This document shows positions 15,791-45,600 of a DNA stretch of 64,000 bases, one piece after another. This DNA comes from the human T2T-CHM13v2.0 reference genome, Homo sapiens: NCBI RefSeq assembly GCF_009914755.1, contig NC_060927.1; one strand, given 5' to 3'. Within the stretch, counting starts at the first letter, position 1, and every line of letters begins with the position of its first letter. Below the pieces are notes generated by a model. That model saw only the letters and a program-made list of their open reading frames with translations. It made no database searches and was not told where the DNA came from. A program made the translations under genes and the position numbers.

Positions 15791-16512
15791 TCATTAATAT
15801 GAGAACAGAAGGATATCAATTTGTTGGTTGCTGACCAATATTATCAACAATTCAAGGCTTTACTAACAACCAACCAATGATTTGGCAGGTCTCTCAAACG
15901 AGGGGAAATAAAGAATTTTATGAATTCTCAAAGATGGAAAATAGAAAACTGATGACCACACAGCCTTCAAAACTTGCCCAATACCTCTAATATCCACGGC
16001 AATCAGTTGCTCACGTAAGGAACCAGCATTTTGTGGAGTAGTAGTTAATAAAGATGACAAGTGAAGAATAGAGAATAAACTTAAATTCTACAAAGATATG
16101 AAAAGTTATTGAGGCACAAGTCCAAAGGCTATAATAAAGAAAAAAGAAAAAAAGTTTTGAAAAATTAAAATGTAAATAAAGATGTGGTGGGAGATCTATC
16201 AGGGAAGTGCAGGAAGAACCAAGCAACTCACAAACCACCCTCTGGCTGGATGTGCACAGCCTGCCCAGTCCCGTCCGGCGAGTCACCTCAGTCCCATCCA
16301 GGTAAGGCCGGACAGGTGGCTCCCCAGGTGGCAAGAGGCAAGCGAGCGGCCCAGGTCATACACCGGGCCCCTGGCACCCTCAGCCTGGACAGGAAGGGCG
16401 CGCGGGATTCAGCCCAGACGAGGGAGGGAACGCGAAGACTCAGCCGGTCTGGGCGCGCCGTTCTGGCCCCAGGGCCCGCGGGTGCTGCAGGTGGCCGCGT
16501 CCAGGGCGGTAG

Positions 16513-17345
<833 letters not shown>

Positions 17346-18407
17346 GGCCCTTAACTCTTAATTTTTTCTTTTGCTTCTCCAGCTTCCTGAGAGGCAGCGC
17401 CAGCGTTTCTCTTAACCCTAGCTACATTTGAAGAATCTCTGTTAAAGAAAAATAGCTACCCCATATGCTAATCGTAAGGAGAGAAGTATAGGCTAGTTTA
17501 TATAAAAATCTCAAAAAGTTTGGAGGTGCCATAAGGCACATTTATTCATTTCTCAACTATGATTATGACTTGAGGGTTGGAGAAATTTTTATCTGAGTAA
17601 CTTTGGCAGACTAACCTGTGTCTGCGTTCGTGCAGAATTTTTCAAGCTTAAAACATTTGTAGAGGTCACTACCATATATAGTTTCCATTTTTTTGCTAAC
17701 ATTTTGGGTGCGACTTTATTTCAGTATTATTAAATGCACAGCCATTGAATATGCTAGAGTTAAATGAAATAAAGTGCTGTTTTTCAAAAATGAAATAAAA
17801 CAAGTGACATAAAAAATTCAAAATTTGGCCAAAAGTATTAATATTTATTAACAAACTGAGAGCTCCCCACGACTTCTCTTCCCAGAAAACCTGGTAAAGT
17901 TTGCACACAATACAAAGCGGTAAATATTTGCCAAATGAAATACAACGCAAGGAAGAAGACTTTTCTCAGCCCTCTAGTGGGAAAGAAAGGAGAAAGCTTA
18001 AGGTGGCTGCTTTGACCATCACACTCCACTCCAGCGGTTGCTTTTTTTTGGAATCTGAAAGCCTCACAGAGACCCTTTACCTTTTGTTGCTGCCCAAGGG
18101 GATGGGCTCATCCAGACACTTGGCCAAAAGGAACAAGGTGTCCTGTGGAAATTTCGAGATTCTTGCGGCTTAGGTTCCTGGGCCTGGAGCTTTCCCGGGG
18201 AGGGTCCTGATCTGCAAGTAGTGGGGAGGTGGTTCCACCTGCGCCACCCACCTCTCCACTGCCACCAGCAATCTGTGAAGCCGGGGCCTGAAAATATTCC
18301 TTATCTTCTTTTTGTAAAATTAGCAAACATATGAATATATGTTTTGTGTGAAAACGTTTAACAGTGCCAACTGGTATGTCAATTAAAAGGTAAAAGATAA
18401 TCATTTT

Positions 18408-18758
<351 letters not shown>

Positions 18759-18768
18759 CTCATTTTGA

Positions 18769-19371
<603 letters not shown>

Positions 19372-19624
19372 AAGTCATTCTTTTGACCAAATTGTCGTGT
19401 TAATCAACTTGCTTTCAGACAATTTGACAAAATTGGCTCTTTGGCCATACAACGTGAAGCTTGGAACATACACCTGGAAGAGTATGTTTTTTTTCTTTGT
19501 ACCCTGTTCAACAGTACTGATTTGTTCCAAGTGGCCTCAAGGACTGACTGCCTTCACCAGTGCTGGCCATTTTGGTCGTGTGTGTGTGTGAATTATTGTA
19601 ATTCGAAATAAATGACTAATGGGT

Positions 19625-20040
19625 CCAGTACTTGTCAGGGTTCTACAGAGAAATAGAAACAATAGGATAGAGAGAAAGAGAAAGAGAGGTTTATTATTTT
19701 CAGGAATTGCTTCATGTGATTGTGAGGGCTGGCAAGTCCTGGATATTTGTGGGGCAGGCTAGCAGGCTGGAAACTCAAGAAGAGTTTCCATGTTGCAGTT
19801 TTGAGGAGACTTCCTTCTTTGGGAAACCTGTCTTTGTTCTTAAAGCTTAAAACCAATTGTATGAGACTCACCCAGGTTATGAAGGGTGATCTGCTTTACT
19901 CAAAGTCTACTAATTTAAATGTTAATTATTTCTAAGAAATACCTTCACAACAACACCTAGACTGGTGTTTGACCGAACAGCTGGGCATACAGTGTGTCTA
20001 ACTAGCCTAGCCAAGTTCACACATAATAGTAACCATATCA
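19625..20040 (+). mobile_element. MLT2-family (ERVL) LTR
   Basis: tcagggttctacagagaaatagaaacaataggatag...gctggcaagtcc...aaataccttcacaacaacacctagactggtgtttgacc; strand label uncertain. Confidence 0.75.
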
Positions 20041-20580
20041 GTTCCCCATTCACAACAGAGAAAACGGCTTTGTATTACCTGATGTTAATATTTAGTATAT
20101 TTCTCAAAGTGATATTTCTTGGCTTCTTGAAACCTGACACTTCCTTAATGATCCTTTTTATAAATTCAAATAAATTATATTGAGTATTATCAAATCATAG
20201 AATTTGAAAACAGGGGCCTTAGAAACCACTTAAACTAGTGTTTCTCAAATTGTTTTCAGATCTTGAACAACTTTGAGGCCATAATGAACACTATCTTCCC
20301 AAGAAGATGCTTATACACACAAAATTTTGCACATAACTTCAGGTGCTGGGTGTTGGGTAAAGCAAACATAAAGATCTCAGATAAAAATCAAGATCTTATT
20401 TCACTGTTGAGTAGGAGAGGCCTGGGAGAACAAAGAGATACCTGTTTCTCCCACTTGCTTTGTTCTCTGTCAGCACCTCTAACCCTGCTCTTCTCTAAGG
20501 GAAAGGAGTATATGGGCAACAAGGCACAGGGCTCAGAGGCTTCTAAGGCCTTTGATAGCTGGTCAGTCATTCTTTTTTCT

Positions 20581-21895
20581 TAATTTTTAAAAAATTTTAT
20601 GGATACATAGTAGGTGTATATATTTTTGGGTTACATGAGATATTTTGATACAGGCATGATAATCACATCAAGGTAAATAGGGTATCTTTTATGTCAAGCA
20701 TTTATCCTTTGTGTTGCAAACAATCAAATTATACTCTTATTTTTAATGTACAACTAAATTGACTGTATCAAAAAATAGTCGATGTTGGTGTGAATGTGGT
20801 GAAAGGGGAACACAGACTGCTGTTGGGAATGTAAATTAGTACAGCCTCTATGAAAAACAGTGTGGAGATTCCTTAAAAGAGCTAAAAGTAGATCTACCAT
20901 TTGATCCAGGATTCCCATTACTGGGTATCTACCCAAAAGAAAATAAGTCATTATATGAAAAATACACCTACACAAATATATTTATTATGGCACAATTCAC
21001 AATTGCAAAGATATGGAACCAACCTAAGTGCCCATCAACTAATGGGTGAATAAAGAAAATATGGTATATATATATACACACACTATGGAATACTACTCAA
21101 CCATAAAAAGGAATCAAATAATGTCTTACAGCAACTTGGATGGAGCTGGAGCCCATTATTCTAAGTGAATTAACCCAGGAATGGAAAACCAAAGAAGTAG
21201 GAGCTAAGTACACAAAGGTACACAAAGTCATATAACGGACTTTGGAGACCCAGAAATGGGAGGGTGGGACGGGGGTGTGTGATAAGAAGCTACCTACTGG
21301 GTACAATGTACACTACTCAGGTGACTGGTACACTAAAATGTCAGAATTCACCACTATATAATTCATCCATGTAACCCAAAACCACTTGTACCCCAAAAGC
21401 TATTGAAATAAAAAAATGTGATTTTTAACTATAGACACCCTGTCGTGCTATCAAATACTAGATCTTATTACTCCTTCCATTTTTTATACCTATTAGCTAT
21501 CCTCACTTCCCCCGGCCCTACCCCTCACCCCTGTCCACTACCCTTCCCAGCCCCTGGTAACCATCCTTCTACTCTCTATCTCCATGAGTTCAATTATTTT
21601 AATTTGTAGCTCCCACAAATAACTGAGAACATGTGAACTTTGTCTTTCTGTGCCTGGCTTATTTCACCTAACATAATGACCTCCATTTCCATCCAAGTTG
21701 TTGTAAATGACAAGATCTCATTTTTTTAATGGCTGAATAGTACTCCATTATGTGTAATACCATATTTTCTTTATCCATTTCATCTGTTGATGGACAGTTA
21801 GGTTGCTTCCAAATGTTGGTTATTGTGAATAGTGCTGCAATAAACATGGGAATGCAGATAGCTCTTCGATGTACTGATTTCCTTTCTTTGGGGTA
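20581..21895 (-). mobile_element. L1MA-type 3' end (minus) interrupted by a plus-strand L1PB-type 3' end (~20770-21417)
   Basis: Reverse L1 3' UTR at 20581-20768 resumes at ~21420; the inner segment has sense L1 3' motifs and ends in an A-rich tail. Confidence 0.8.
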
Positions 21896-22260
21896 GTCCA
21901 TTGTTATTGATTCAGAGGCCACTGCTGCTGTGTGCTGCATTACCTGGTGGCCTTATCTTTCATCTGACCCAGCTGCTACATCTTAGATTCTGGGCTGGAC
22001 TGCTCTCCCAGGCTGCTTCTCCACCACTGCCACTTCTTACACGTTACCTTCTTAAGCAGGCCCAGGATTACAAATCCTTGTACCAGCCTCCCACACTCTC
22101 AAGAAATTTGATTGCAGCTCCTCAGGGCTCGATCAGAAATCGTGTAAAGGTCATCATTCCCTGTCACACCCCAAAGGGAAATGAATGGTGCCTCAGGACT
22201 GATCCCAGTGACCTCAATGCCCTCCTTCCTCCAAAGAAACTAGTCAGTGTCCCTTCCTCC

Positions 22261-22369
22261 TAGGGTGACCAACAATCCCAGTTTTCCCTTGACTGAGGAA
22301 TCTCTTGGAACACAGGACTTTGTTAAAATCAGGAGTTGGTAGGGCAAGCTGGAACAGTTGGTCATCCTA
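22261..22369. mobile_element. MER96-like hAT MITE
   Basis: 13-bp terminal inverted repeats tagggtgaccaac / gttggtcatccta (1 mismatch). Confidence 0.7.
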
Positions 22370-22596
22370 CTCCTTTCAGAAGCTCCAAGTGCTCCTACCA
22401 ATGTTTTAGGGCCTAATCATCATCCCAACCTCCTCTTCACTAGTCTTCCTAGAGGCTCTTGGGTTCTGCAAGTAACTTCCTTTGGGGACTCTGGCTACAT
22501 CATGTTTTGGTGTCAGTTGCTGGTTTTAGACAGTGAACTCCTTCAGAGCAGGGATGGGGCCTTAGTCTTTTTTCCTCAAGGCACAGAAAGTATTCA

Positions 22597-23058
<462 letters not shown>

Positions 23059-23782
23059 TCAATGACTGAATAAACAAACAAATATGTACAAGTCCCTACC
23101 AGACCTCATCTTCTGCCTGACTTGGCCACAAGACATAGAGGGCACTGGGCCCCTCCTAATCTCTGCACTATGCTGGGCACATTGTAATGTGACCACCAAT
23201 GCAGATCATCCAACCTGAACAGGCCTGGGGTTGAGCTAGCTTCCCTGAATAACCACATGAACATTAAGCCACCTCCTTTTTCTTAACCCTTGTTTTATGA
23301 GCCCTGCCTCTTTTGGAGTGGACAGCTGTCTCAGTTTCCTGATTTGACTGTCTGGAGCCCAGACCCCTCTCTCTGCAGGACAGAGGTAGATGAGCTGTGG
23401 AGTTAATGAAGCTTAAGCTTCAGGCCCCTCCCTGGCATGGGCCCCTGCCAAGACCCTGAGAAGAGCCCTAGCAAACTGTTCACAGTCTATGCTTTAAAGC
23501 ATTTGAAAAGTGAAATATTTTTGTTTGTTTATTTGTTTCCTTAAAGGGGGTTCCCCAGGTTTTACAAGCTTCAGGTCCTGTAAAACCTTAATTTTTCCCC
23601 CCACTTATATACTCCTCAGAAATTCATCCTTTTCTAAGGCCTGGACTCCCTCTCCTGGATCCCCATGTTGTGGTCTGGAAGGCTGCCATGTACCCACTCT
23701 TGAGTACCAGAACTCCCCACTCACCATTCTGAAGCCCCTGGAGTGTGATACCTGCTAAGACTGTCTGTCCTCCCTTGACAAC

Positions 23783-24166
23783 TGTTACATGCAAAATGTT
23801 CGTTTTTCAGTACCGCAAGGAAAAATCAACATTTAGACAAAAAGTTTCCTCAGCAAAGTAATTTTACTTTCTGCAGAAAGGGTGCTGCCCCTTAGCAATC
23901 CTGCCATGAGAGCACAATGAACAAAGGAAAGGCAGGCATATTTATTCCTTACACATTGGGTCCTTACTGCTGTGTCTGATCTCTGTTGGTTGGAGCCAAA
24001 CCTCACAATCTAAACTGAACCCGATTGGCTAACAGCTTAAAAACTTTTGTAAATAGGTTTTGAAGAAAGTTAGTCTTTAAGAGAAACTATTATTTCTAAC
24101 ATGTATTATTATTATTATCCTCTAACAAGAAGGGAAACTTTGAAGAGGAACTTTTTACTTTCCACA
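23783..24166 (-). mobile_element. Solo LTR (probably ERV1 class, subfamily not assigned)
   Basis: TG...CA termini; 5-bp TSD acaac at 23778-23782 and 24167-24171. Confidence 0.75.
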
Positions 24167-24192
24167 ACAACTCTTGAGTATTACAGTTGTAA

Positions 24193-24520
<328 letters not shown>

Positions 24521-25913
24521 GAACACTGGCTTCCTTCCTTGGCACCACCTCTTTCAGCAGGCTAATTCCCTAAAGACTCAACCCAGGCCTATTCCTCACC
24601 ACTTAACAGTCCTAGCCTTGAAGGCTGGCCTTGAACACCCTTCTTCGATGAAGTCCTAGCCTGCCTTGCTGTTAAGCCCATTCACTTCCTGAAGCAGTCG
24701 AACCAGAAGGAATGAGACCCAGAAACTTCAAATTCTCAGGACCAATGTCCATCAAGATCTGAAGATAAAAGAGGACTTTGAGTTAGACCAAAATCAAGGG
24801 GAGAATTGGAAATTGAAAAGTAGAATAACAACACCAGAAAACCTAGACTAAAGGAAATTACTTCATAAATCAAACGAATAAACACTGAGTTCCTCATGCT
24901 TCCTAGAAACCAAAGCATGAAAGGGAGTATGAATTTTCTATCAGAGAGAAAGAAGTCATGTGAGGTGAGTGACTGCTGTGCCGAATACTGTGTTTGTCCT
25001 TACACGTACAATCCTGTATGTTCTCTTACTTAATTCGCTCCAGAACTCAATAACGGTCACTATGTTGTTACAGTAGGGAATAACCCCTCAAGGCTGCACA
25101 GACAGTACATGATGAAAGCAGGATCTTTTCCCCTATACAGTAGTTCTTCAGAGGGGCTGAAACATCCAGTGTTTCCAGAGGTAAACAATGAGGACTTACC
25201 CTGCCACCCAGATATGTTTGTGCAAACTTGACAGCATAGATGCCACTGTGTCCAAGGCTGGCTTTTTCCAGCCTTCCCAGAGAGAGCTGAGTAGCGACTT
25301 GCCTGCCTAAATCTTAAGCGGGTCTGGGGGAAGTGATGGCTTCCCCATGGCTAAGCTGCAGGGAGACTTGGAAAGGGTTACCGTTTAATCCAGGGAAACC
25401 AGAGTCACAAAGCCACACCTGGCCAATTATCTGCCCATCTCCATGCCCTTAAGAGGCATCCAGTGTCAGAAACATGAGCAGGCTTCTTCCTCCCTCTCTT
25501 AAATTCTCCCCTCCTGAAGTGTATTGAGTGACAGGAATTCTTTTCATTCATTCACTTACCGATCTGTACAGGTCGTGGGCAGGAAGGAGCCACTTGGGGC
25601 ACAGGTTTTGTGGACTCACTTTTTATGTTTATGAACAGCCAAAGCCTGGAAAGTTCTAAAGAGAGGCCACTGCCTAAGAAGAGCATCTGTCGTCTCATCT
25701 CAGTCGCTATGTTTTACTTATGGTCAGATGTCTTTTCCTTAACTAGGGACATTGTAACATCTCAAGTGAGTGAGTTCTGTGGATTAAGAGTTAAACCACA
25801 TTAGAGTTTGGCTGAAAACATTTGTGAATACATGGATACAGATAAAACTTTATTTTTTGAGGAAAATGTTTGTATAAGGCAATTAAAATCCAAGGTAAAG
25901 AAAGATTATACAA

Positions 25914-26240
25914 GGCCAGGCGCAGTGGCTCACCTGTAATCCCAGCACTTTGGGAGGCCAAGGCAGGCAGATCACCTGAGGTCAGGAGTTTGAGACCAGC
26001 CTGACCAACATGGAGAAACATTGTCTCTACCAAAAATACAAAATTAGCCGGGCACGGTGGCGCATGCCTGTAATCCCAACTACTCGGGAGGCTGAGGCAG
26101 GAGAATCGCTTGAACCCGGGAGGCGGAAGTTGTGATGAGCCAAGATCACCACACCAAGATCACGTCATTGCACTCCATCCTGGGCAACAAGAGTGAAACT
26201 CCATCTCAAAAAAGAAAAAAAAGAAAGAAAGAAAAAAAAG
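25914..26240 (+). mobile_element. Alu (AluSp-like)
   Basis: cctgaccaacatggagaaa, gggcaacaagagtg; TSD aaga.agattataca. Confidence 0.92.
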
Positions 26241-26307
26241 AAGGATTATACAGAAGAAAATGCAAAAAATAAGGGAAGTTACTAGATTGAAGATATATTT
26301 GAACATC

Positions 26308-26899
<592 letters not shown>

Positions 26900-27230
26900 C
26901 AAGGTATATTTTTAATAGTAAAGAATACTATCTTAGCCTTTTGCCTAAGAAAACTCTTCCCCACACAGGGTTGCTTAACCTCTATCAACATAAAGTTTCT
27001 TCTCAAATGGGATTGTTTTCATTTTAAGGTCAGATTTATTGAAATGTACAGTTATGAGTTTTGACAAGTGTATACAACCATGTAACCACCCCATCCCTAC
27101 CAAGATAAATAATATTTCCATCACTCCAAGAAGCCCTCTATGCACATAGGACTCAACTCTTTATAGTGAGCATAAGGTGATGTCATCTGCATATATAAAA
27201 CTCAGAATTCTGGAGTTGAAAAGATTGATC

Positions 27231-27540
27231 TGGGCTAGGCACAGTGGCTTATGCCTGTACTCCCAGCACTTTGGGAGGCTGAGGCAGGTGGATTACCTGA
27301 GGTCAGGAGTTTGAGACCAGTGTGGCCAACGTGGTAAAACTCCATCTCTACTAAAAATACAAAAATTAGCAGGGCATGGTGGCAAACACTTGTAATCCCA
27401 TCTACTCAGGAGGCTGAGACATGAGAGTCACTTAAACCCGGGAGGCAGAGGTTGCAGTGAGCCAAGATCGTGCTACTGTGCTCCATCCTGAGTGACAGAG
27501 CAAGACCCCGTCTCAAAAAAAAAAAAAGAAAAAGAAATAA
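27231..27540 (+). mobile_element. Alu (AluSx-like)
   Basis: Full dimer; TSD aaaagattgatc. Confidence 0.92.
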
Positions 27541-27718
27541 AAGATTGATCCATAATTTTAATACAGCACATCTGAAAAAGTTGCAGTTTCCAGGCTGACT
27601 TCAAATGAGCTCTTAGTTCTGATAACATTCAGGCAGGATGTGTGGACCTAGGGACTTTGACCCTAATGATACTTTTATGTAAAGCTAAGCATAATAAAGT
27701 ACTTGATATGGTTGTTAG

Positions 27719-28360
<642 letters not shown>

Positions 28361-28513
28361 AGCAATGAGGACATTTAGTAGGTACGTTCAGATTTTATCC
28401 TGTCAAGGAAAAAAAGCCCTACTTTAAAAATATACTTAGTACAGACTATATTTCACAAATTGTAGCTCTAGCTTTCCATCATGCTTTATTACTATAAAGG
28501 AGAGTAGAACTTA

Positions 28514-28915
<402 letters not shown>

Positions 28916-28921
28916 GAATTA

Positions 28922-29871
<950 letters not shown>

Positions 29872-30034
29872 TATAATTTCATTTTTAAGATTTGAGAGTT
29901 CTGTAATCATCACCTAAAACTCTCCCTCTTTTAGATATATTATCTTAATGTAGTATTAAGAAAAATCATGCTTGTTAAAATAAAGATAATAAGAAAAAAC
30001 ATTTTTGGTTGAAGGTAAAAAGATCTTATTCCAA

Positions 30035-30340
<306 letters not shown>

Positions 30341-30746
30341 GATAAAGATCTTATTCCATTTATATGCACCTATTTCTTTATTATATATTCAAAAGTCAGG
30401 CATGATAAATAGGGAAGAACATTACCAGTGGTCATGAGAGAATCTTCAACACAGATGGCCTCACATGATTTAGTATGATTAAAACTTAATAGGATATTAG
30501 GAACTATGACAAAGTAATTCACATGCTGGGTTTCAGATGATTCAATTACAAGTAATTATAAAATCGGTTTGTTTTTAATTGTGTGTTTTATTTTAGTGAA
30601 GGAGAAAAATATTTTTATGAGCTTCCTGTTCATCTAAATAACACTCTTGAGTGCTAATGATCTTCTTATGGCTCAACTTCTTTTATCAATCCTGAGAAAA
30701 AAACAATAATCAGAGCGCTCAGGAACAGTCTAGTTTATAGCTCTGA

Positions 30747-31530
<784 letters not shown>

Positions 31531-31830
31531 TAAAATCCTTAGGCAGAAGAGACTGTCTTCTGGCATGACAGCATGAGAAAGCCCATAGACCCACTCCCTA
31601 GTAAAACCAGTGAAATTATAAAAACAAAATACACAATTTAAAGCCTCTGAAAATTGTCCTAAGGTCAAACAGCAAATGAAGAAACACCTACACAAGAAAG
31701 TCTATGAAAATTCAGTTAAAAAGAGTGACAGTCTGAGATACTTGAACGGAGACAGCTTCCTCGGTCCCCTCCTCCTCACTAAGCCAGACAGGAACTCCAG
31801 TACAGACAGAAGTCAAGAACACAGAGTTCC

Positions 31831-32149
<319 letters not shown>

Positions 32150-32426
32150 TCAACTGCCGACACCACTTAGAGGGATTTAGGAGCACAACGTCAGCATTTT
32201 TCATCCTGTCTCCAGTTACTTTGTTGTTGAAGCTCAGTTCCAGATAAGTGCAGTTCATCCCTGGAGTGGAGGCTGTACCTTAGGCGTGATACTACTGAGC
32301 CTACTGGGGCCCTGGTCATCCTTGCCCAGGCTCACAGGTGGTCATGGGTTGGGCAACTAGAACAAAGGCTCTCCATCAAGGAAAGCAAGTATCCTGTGCC
32401 AGGCATATTTATTAAAAGCAAAACAC

Positions 32427-32749
<323 letters not shown>

Positions 32750-33007
32750 CTAACCTCCTCATATGACTTATAGGATTTTCTCTTTGCTCTTGAGAGGTTA
32801 ATAAGAAACAGGATGGGGTCTTGAAATTCGAAGGCATGCCAGGACAACCCTCCTTCAGGGACCCCAGCCGGCTGCATGTTTAAACATTATGGCGCATCCA
32901 TGTGCATTTTTAAACTGACGTGAAGATTATACCAAAGATAATTTAGAGCTCCAATGGCCATTTTTTAGGATCGTTCCAACTCCCAAGCTTGTTTTCCTTA
33001 GAATTAA

Positions 33008-33348
<341 letters not shown>

Positions 33349-33628
33349 AGAGGATGCACATTTTAATTGGCATCTCAAGATTAGAAAATGCATTCAGGAC
33401 TCAAAAGTTGCCTTCCTGCAAAATACTGTCTCAAAGCTAGCTGAGACTCCTTCCTCTCTAGAGCCTTCTGCTTCCTTTCCTACCACTCCTCCTCTTCTTT
33501 ATCCTTCTCTAGATGAACTCCCTGAATTGACTAGTACATCCCTTTTTTCCTACGCTCTTCTTCTCTCCACAGCCACCAACTTAGCTTTTAATGTTTGAAA
33601 CTTCTAGGGAAGTTCCAGTCAGGGGAAG

Positions 33629-34110
33629 TGAAGTCGTTAAAATATGCTATTCTGGTATATTGATTTTTAAAATTATAAACACTTAAAGAAGAGCAGGAGC
33701 AAAAAGGATCACTTTGATCTTCACACTGTTTCTTAGCACAGAAAATGAAATTCCCGTATGAAAGACATTCTCCCTATACTAGAAGGAAAGGCAACAACCT
33801 TATTTTCAAGAATGAGAAGCTGAGACTGAGAGAATACTGCACAGACCTTGTTGAAATAACTCTTATTTTTAACTCTCCCCACATAATTTAGTAATATTTT
33901 CACAGTTTACTATTCTTTCTCCAATCCATTATATTGGTAACTGACTCTAACTTCTTCCTTGGGGTCTTCATTTCCTTCTAAGGGCCCCATTTATAAGTTT
34001 ACATAAAACTTGTATCATGTTTTTCTCCTGCTAATCTATCTTATATTGATTTAATTTTTGGAACCAGCCCAGAACCTAAAAGGATGAAAATGTAATTGTC
34101 TTTCCCTATA
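33629..34110 (+). mobile_element. MER34-family (ERV1) LTR
   Basis: Starts TG after a purine tract (aggggaag); aaatatgctattctggtatattga..., gatcactttgatctt..., ends tttccctata followed by PBS-like tttctggtg. Confidence 0.65.
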
Positions 34111-36150
<2,040 letters not shown>

Positions 36151-36219
36151 ATTTATCCATTTCTTTATTTTTAAATGTGAAGAAATACAAAACATGAGAA
36201 GACCCAAAAGATACAAAAG

Positions 36220-42689
<6,470 letters not shown>

Positions 42690-42690
<1 letters not shown>

Positions 42691-45600
42691 GGAGGATTAT
42701 GGGGAGAAGACGGCAGATAGGAGACAGGGTTGATGTGTAACTCCCACTTGGATGAACAGAACAGCATATGGAGACTCACACCACTGACTTTTGCTTAAGG
42801 AACCACCACAGGAGCGCACCCAGAAAACCAAAAGAATTTACAGATCATTTGAGAGAAGAGACAGGCCACTGCAAATTATCTGAGGCAGGCGACAAACTAT
42901 GAATTCCCAAAGTAATACAGGTTATGGGAGAAAGATTTAACCTTATCTAGAGCTAAAACAGATTTAGTGTGAAATATAGAAGTAGAAGCACCAGCAGGAA
43001 GAGCCATATAGGCACTGCCATTCTCCAGCTTGAGCCCAGGGAAGCCAACCCTGACCATATCTCACAGGGCCTTCGGGGAAGGCAGCCAGTGGAATTTCAG
43101 AGGGGTCACAAGGTGAAAGAAGTTTCCAATTGAACTTTCTAATAATTTTGACCGAGTACAAACTGTTGAGCAGAATCTGGAGACGAATGGGAACTGCTGC
43201 AGAAAGGACAGCAGGAGTTGCAGCTGACAGTATGGCAGGCAGGGAGGGGCATGGCCTGAAAGCTGTGCTTGCTTTTTCAGCAGGGAAACTTATAGCCTGG
43301 GATTAGGTCTTAGTCCCATGTGTGGGCTACTTGGAGATAAGCTCAGTGCTGTTATTAGGACATGATCAGAGCAAGACTGGCCTCAACAACTGCGTGGGAG
43401 CTGGATGAGGCCTATTGCTACCAGCTTTTCCACACTTCCCTGATGACAGAGGCAGCCATAATCCCCTTTGAAACATAATCCCATTAGCTTAAGAACCACT
43501 TCCCATCCCCCATAATGGCCATGGCAAGCCCCATCCAAGAAGACTCTGAGCCCAGATCCGCCTAACCCTGCCCCAACCTAATGGTATTTCTCTACCTGCC
43601 CTGGTAGCAGATCACAAAAGACATAAACACTTGGGAGATTTATGACCCCATCTATCACTTGAGAAACCTGAATACGTGTCCTGGCCAACTTAGGGCAAGG
43701 TTATATCTCCCTTCTACTATTGCAGCTGGTGCTCTCTTGAAAGCACCTCCTCCTGGCTGGAGGCTAACTAACTCAGGATATTACAGCAACTCATGACAGA
43801 ATACCCCTGCTCCAAGGAAGGAGAAAACAACAACTAATTCCACTGCCTGCAACATCCTGGCTAACCAGAGGTCCTGAGTCGATCCATGTGACAACTTCAC
43901 TACCAGCATATCCAGCATTCGAGAAAACCAGGGTACTAAACATATCTACAACCAAAGAGTCTCACAGAGTCTGCTTTACTCCCCTGCCACCTCCACCAGG
44001 GCAAGTTCTGGTATCCACGGCTGGGAGAACTGAAGACAGATCGCATCACAGGACTCTTTGCAGACATTGCCCAGCACCAGCCCAGAACCTGGTAGCCCTG
44101 CGGGGTGGCTAGACCCAGAAGAGCAATAACAATCACTGCAGTCAGGCTTGCAGGAAACCCCGTCCCTAGGGGAAGGGGAAGTGTACCACATCAAGAGACC
44201 ACCCCATGGGACAAAAGAATCTGAACAGCAGGCCTTGAGTTCTAGATTTTTCTGCTCAAATAGTCTACCCAAATGAGAAGGAATCAGAAAGTAAATTCTG
44301 GTAATATGACAAAACAAGGTTCTATAACACTCCCAAAAGGCCACACTAGCTCCCCAGCATTAGATTCAAACCAAGAAGAAATATCTAAATTGCCAGATAA
44401 AGAATTCAGAAGGTTGATTATTAAGCTACTTAAGGAGATACCAGACAAAGGTGAAAACCAACTTAAAGAAATTTAAAAAAAAATACAGGATATGGATGAA
44501 AAATGCTCCAGAGAAATAGATATTATTGAAAAAATTACAACTTCTGGAAATGAAAGACACAATTAGTGAAATACAAAATGCAATGGAAAGTTTCAACAAC
44601 AGAATTGAACAAGTAGAAGAAAGAATTTCAGAGCTTGAAGAGAAGGCTTTTGAATTAACCCAATCAGACAAAGACAAGGAAAAAAGAATTTTTCAAAAAT
44701 GAACAAAGCTTCCAAGAAATTTGGGATTATGTTAAACAGGCAAACCTAAGAATAATTGGTGTTGCCAAGGAAGAAAAGAAATCTAAAACTTTGGAAAACA
44801 TATTTGAGGAAATAATCAAGGAAAACTTTCCTGGCCTCACTAGAGACCTAGACATTCTACCCAATAATTGCAGAATATACATTCTTTCCATCAGCACATG
44901 GAACATTCTCCAAGATAGACCATATGATAGGCCACAAAACAAGTCTCAATAAATTTAAGAAATTTGAAACTATATCAAGTACCCTCTCAGACCACAGTGG
45001 AATAAAATTGGAAATTAACTCCAAAAGGAACCCTCAAAACTATACAAGTACCTGGAAATTAAATAATCTGCTACTGAATGATCTTTGGGTCAACAATGAA
45101 ATCAAGATGGAAATGTAAAAATTCTTTGAACTGAATGATAATAGTGACACAACTTATCAAAACCTCCAGGACACAGCAAAAGTGGTGCTAAGAGGAAAGT
45201 TCATAGCATTAAATTTAACAAAAAGTCTGAAAGAGCACAAATAGATGATCCAAGGTCACACCTCAAGGAACTAGAGGAACAAGAACAAACCAAACCCAAA
45301 CTGAGCAGAAGAAAAGAAAAAACAAAGATTAGAGCAGAAATAAATGAAATTGAAAAAAAATACAAAAGATAAATAAACAAAAAGCTGGTTCTTTGAAAAG
45401 ACAGACAAAATTGATAGACCATTAGTGAGATTAACCAAAAAAAGAAGAGAGAAAATCTAAATAAGCTCAATTGGAAACGAAACAGGAGATACTACAAGTG
45501 ATACCACAGAAATACAAAAGATCATTCAAGGCTATTATGAACACGTTTATACACAAAAACTAGAAAATCTAGAGGAGATGGATAAATTCCTGGAAATACA

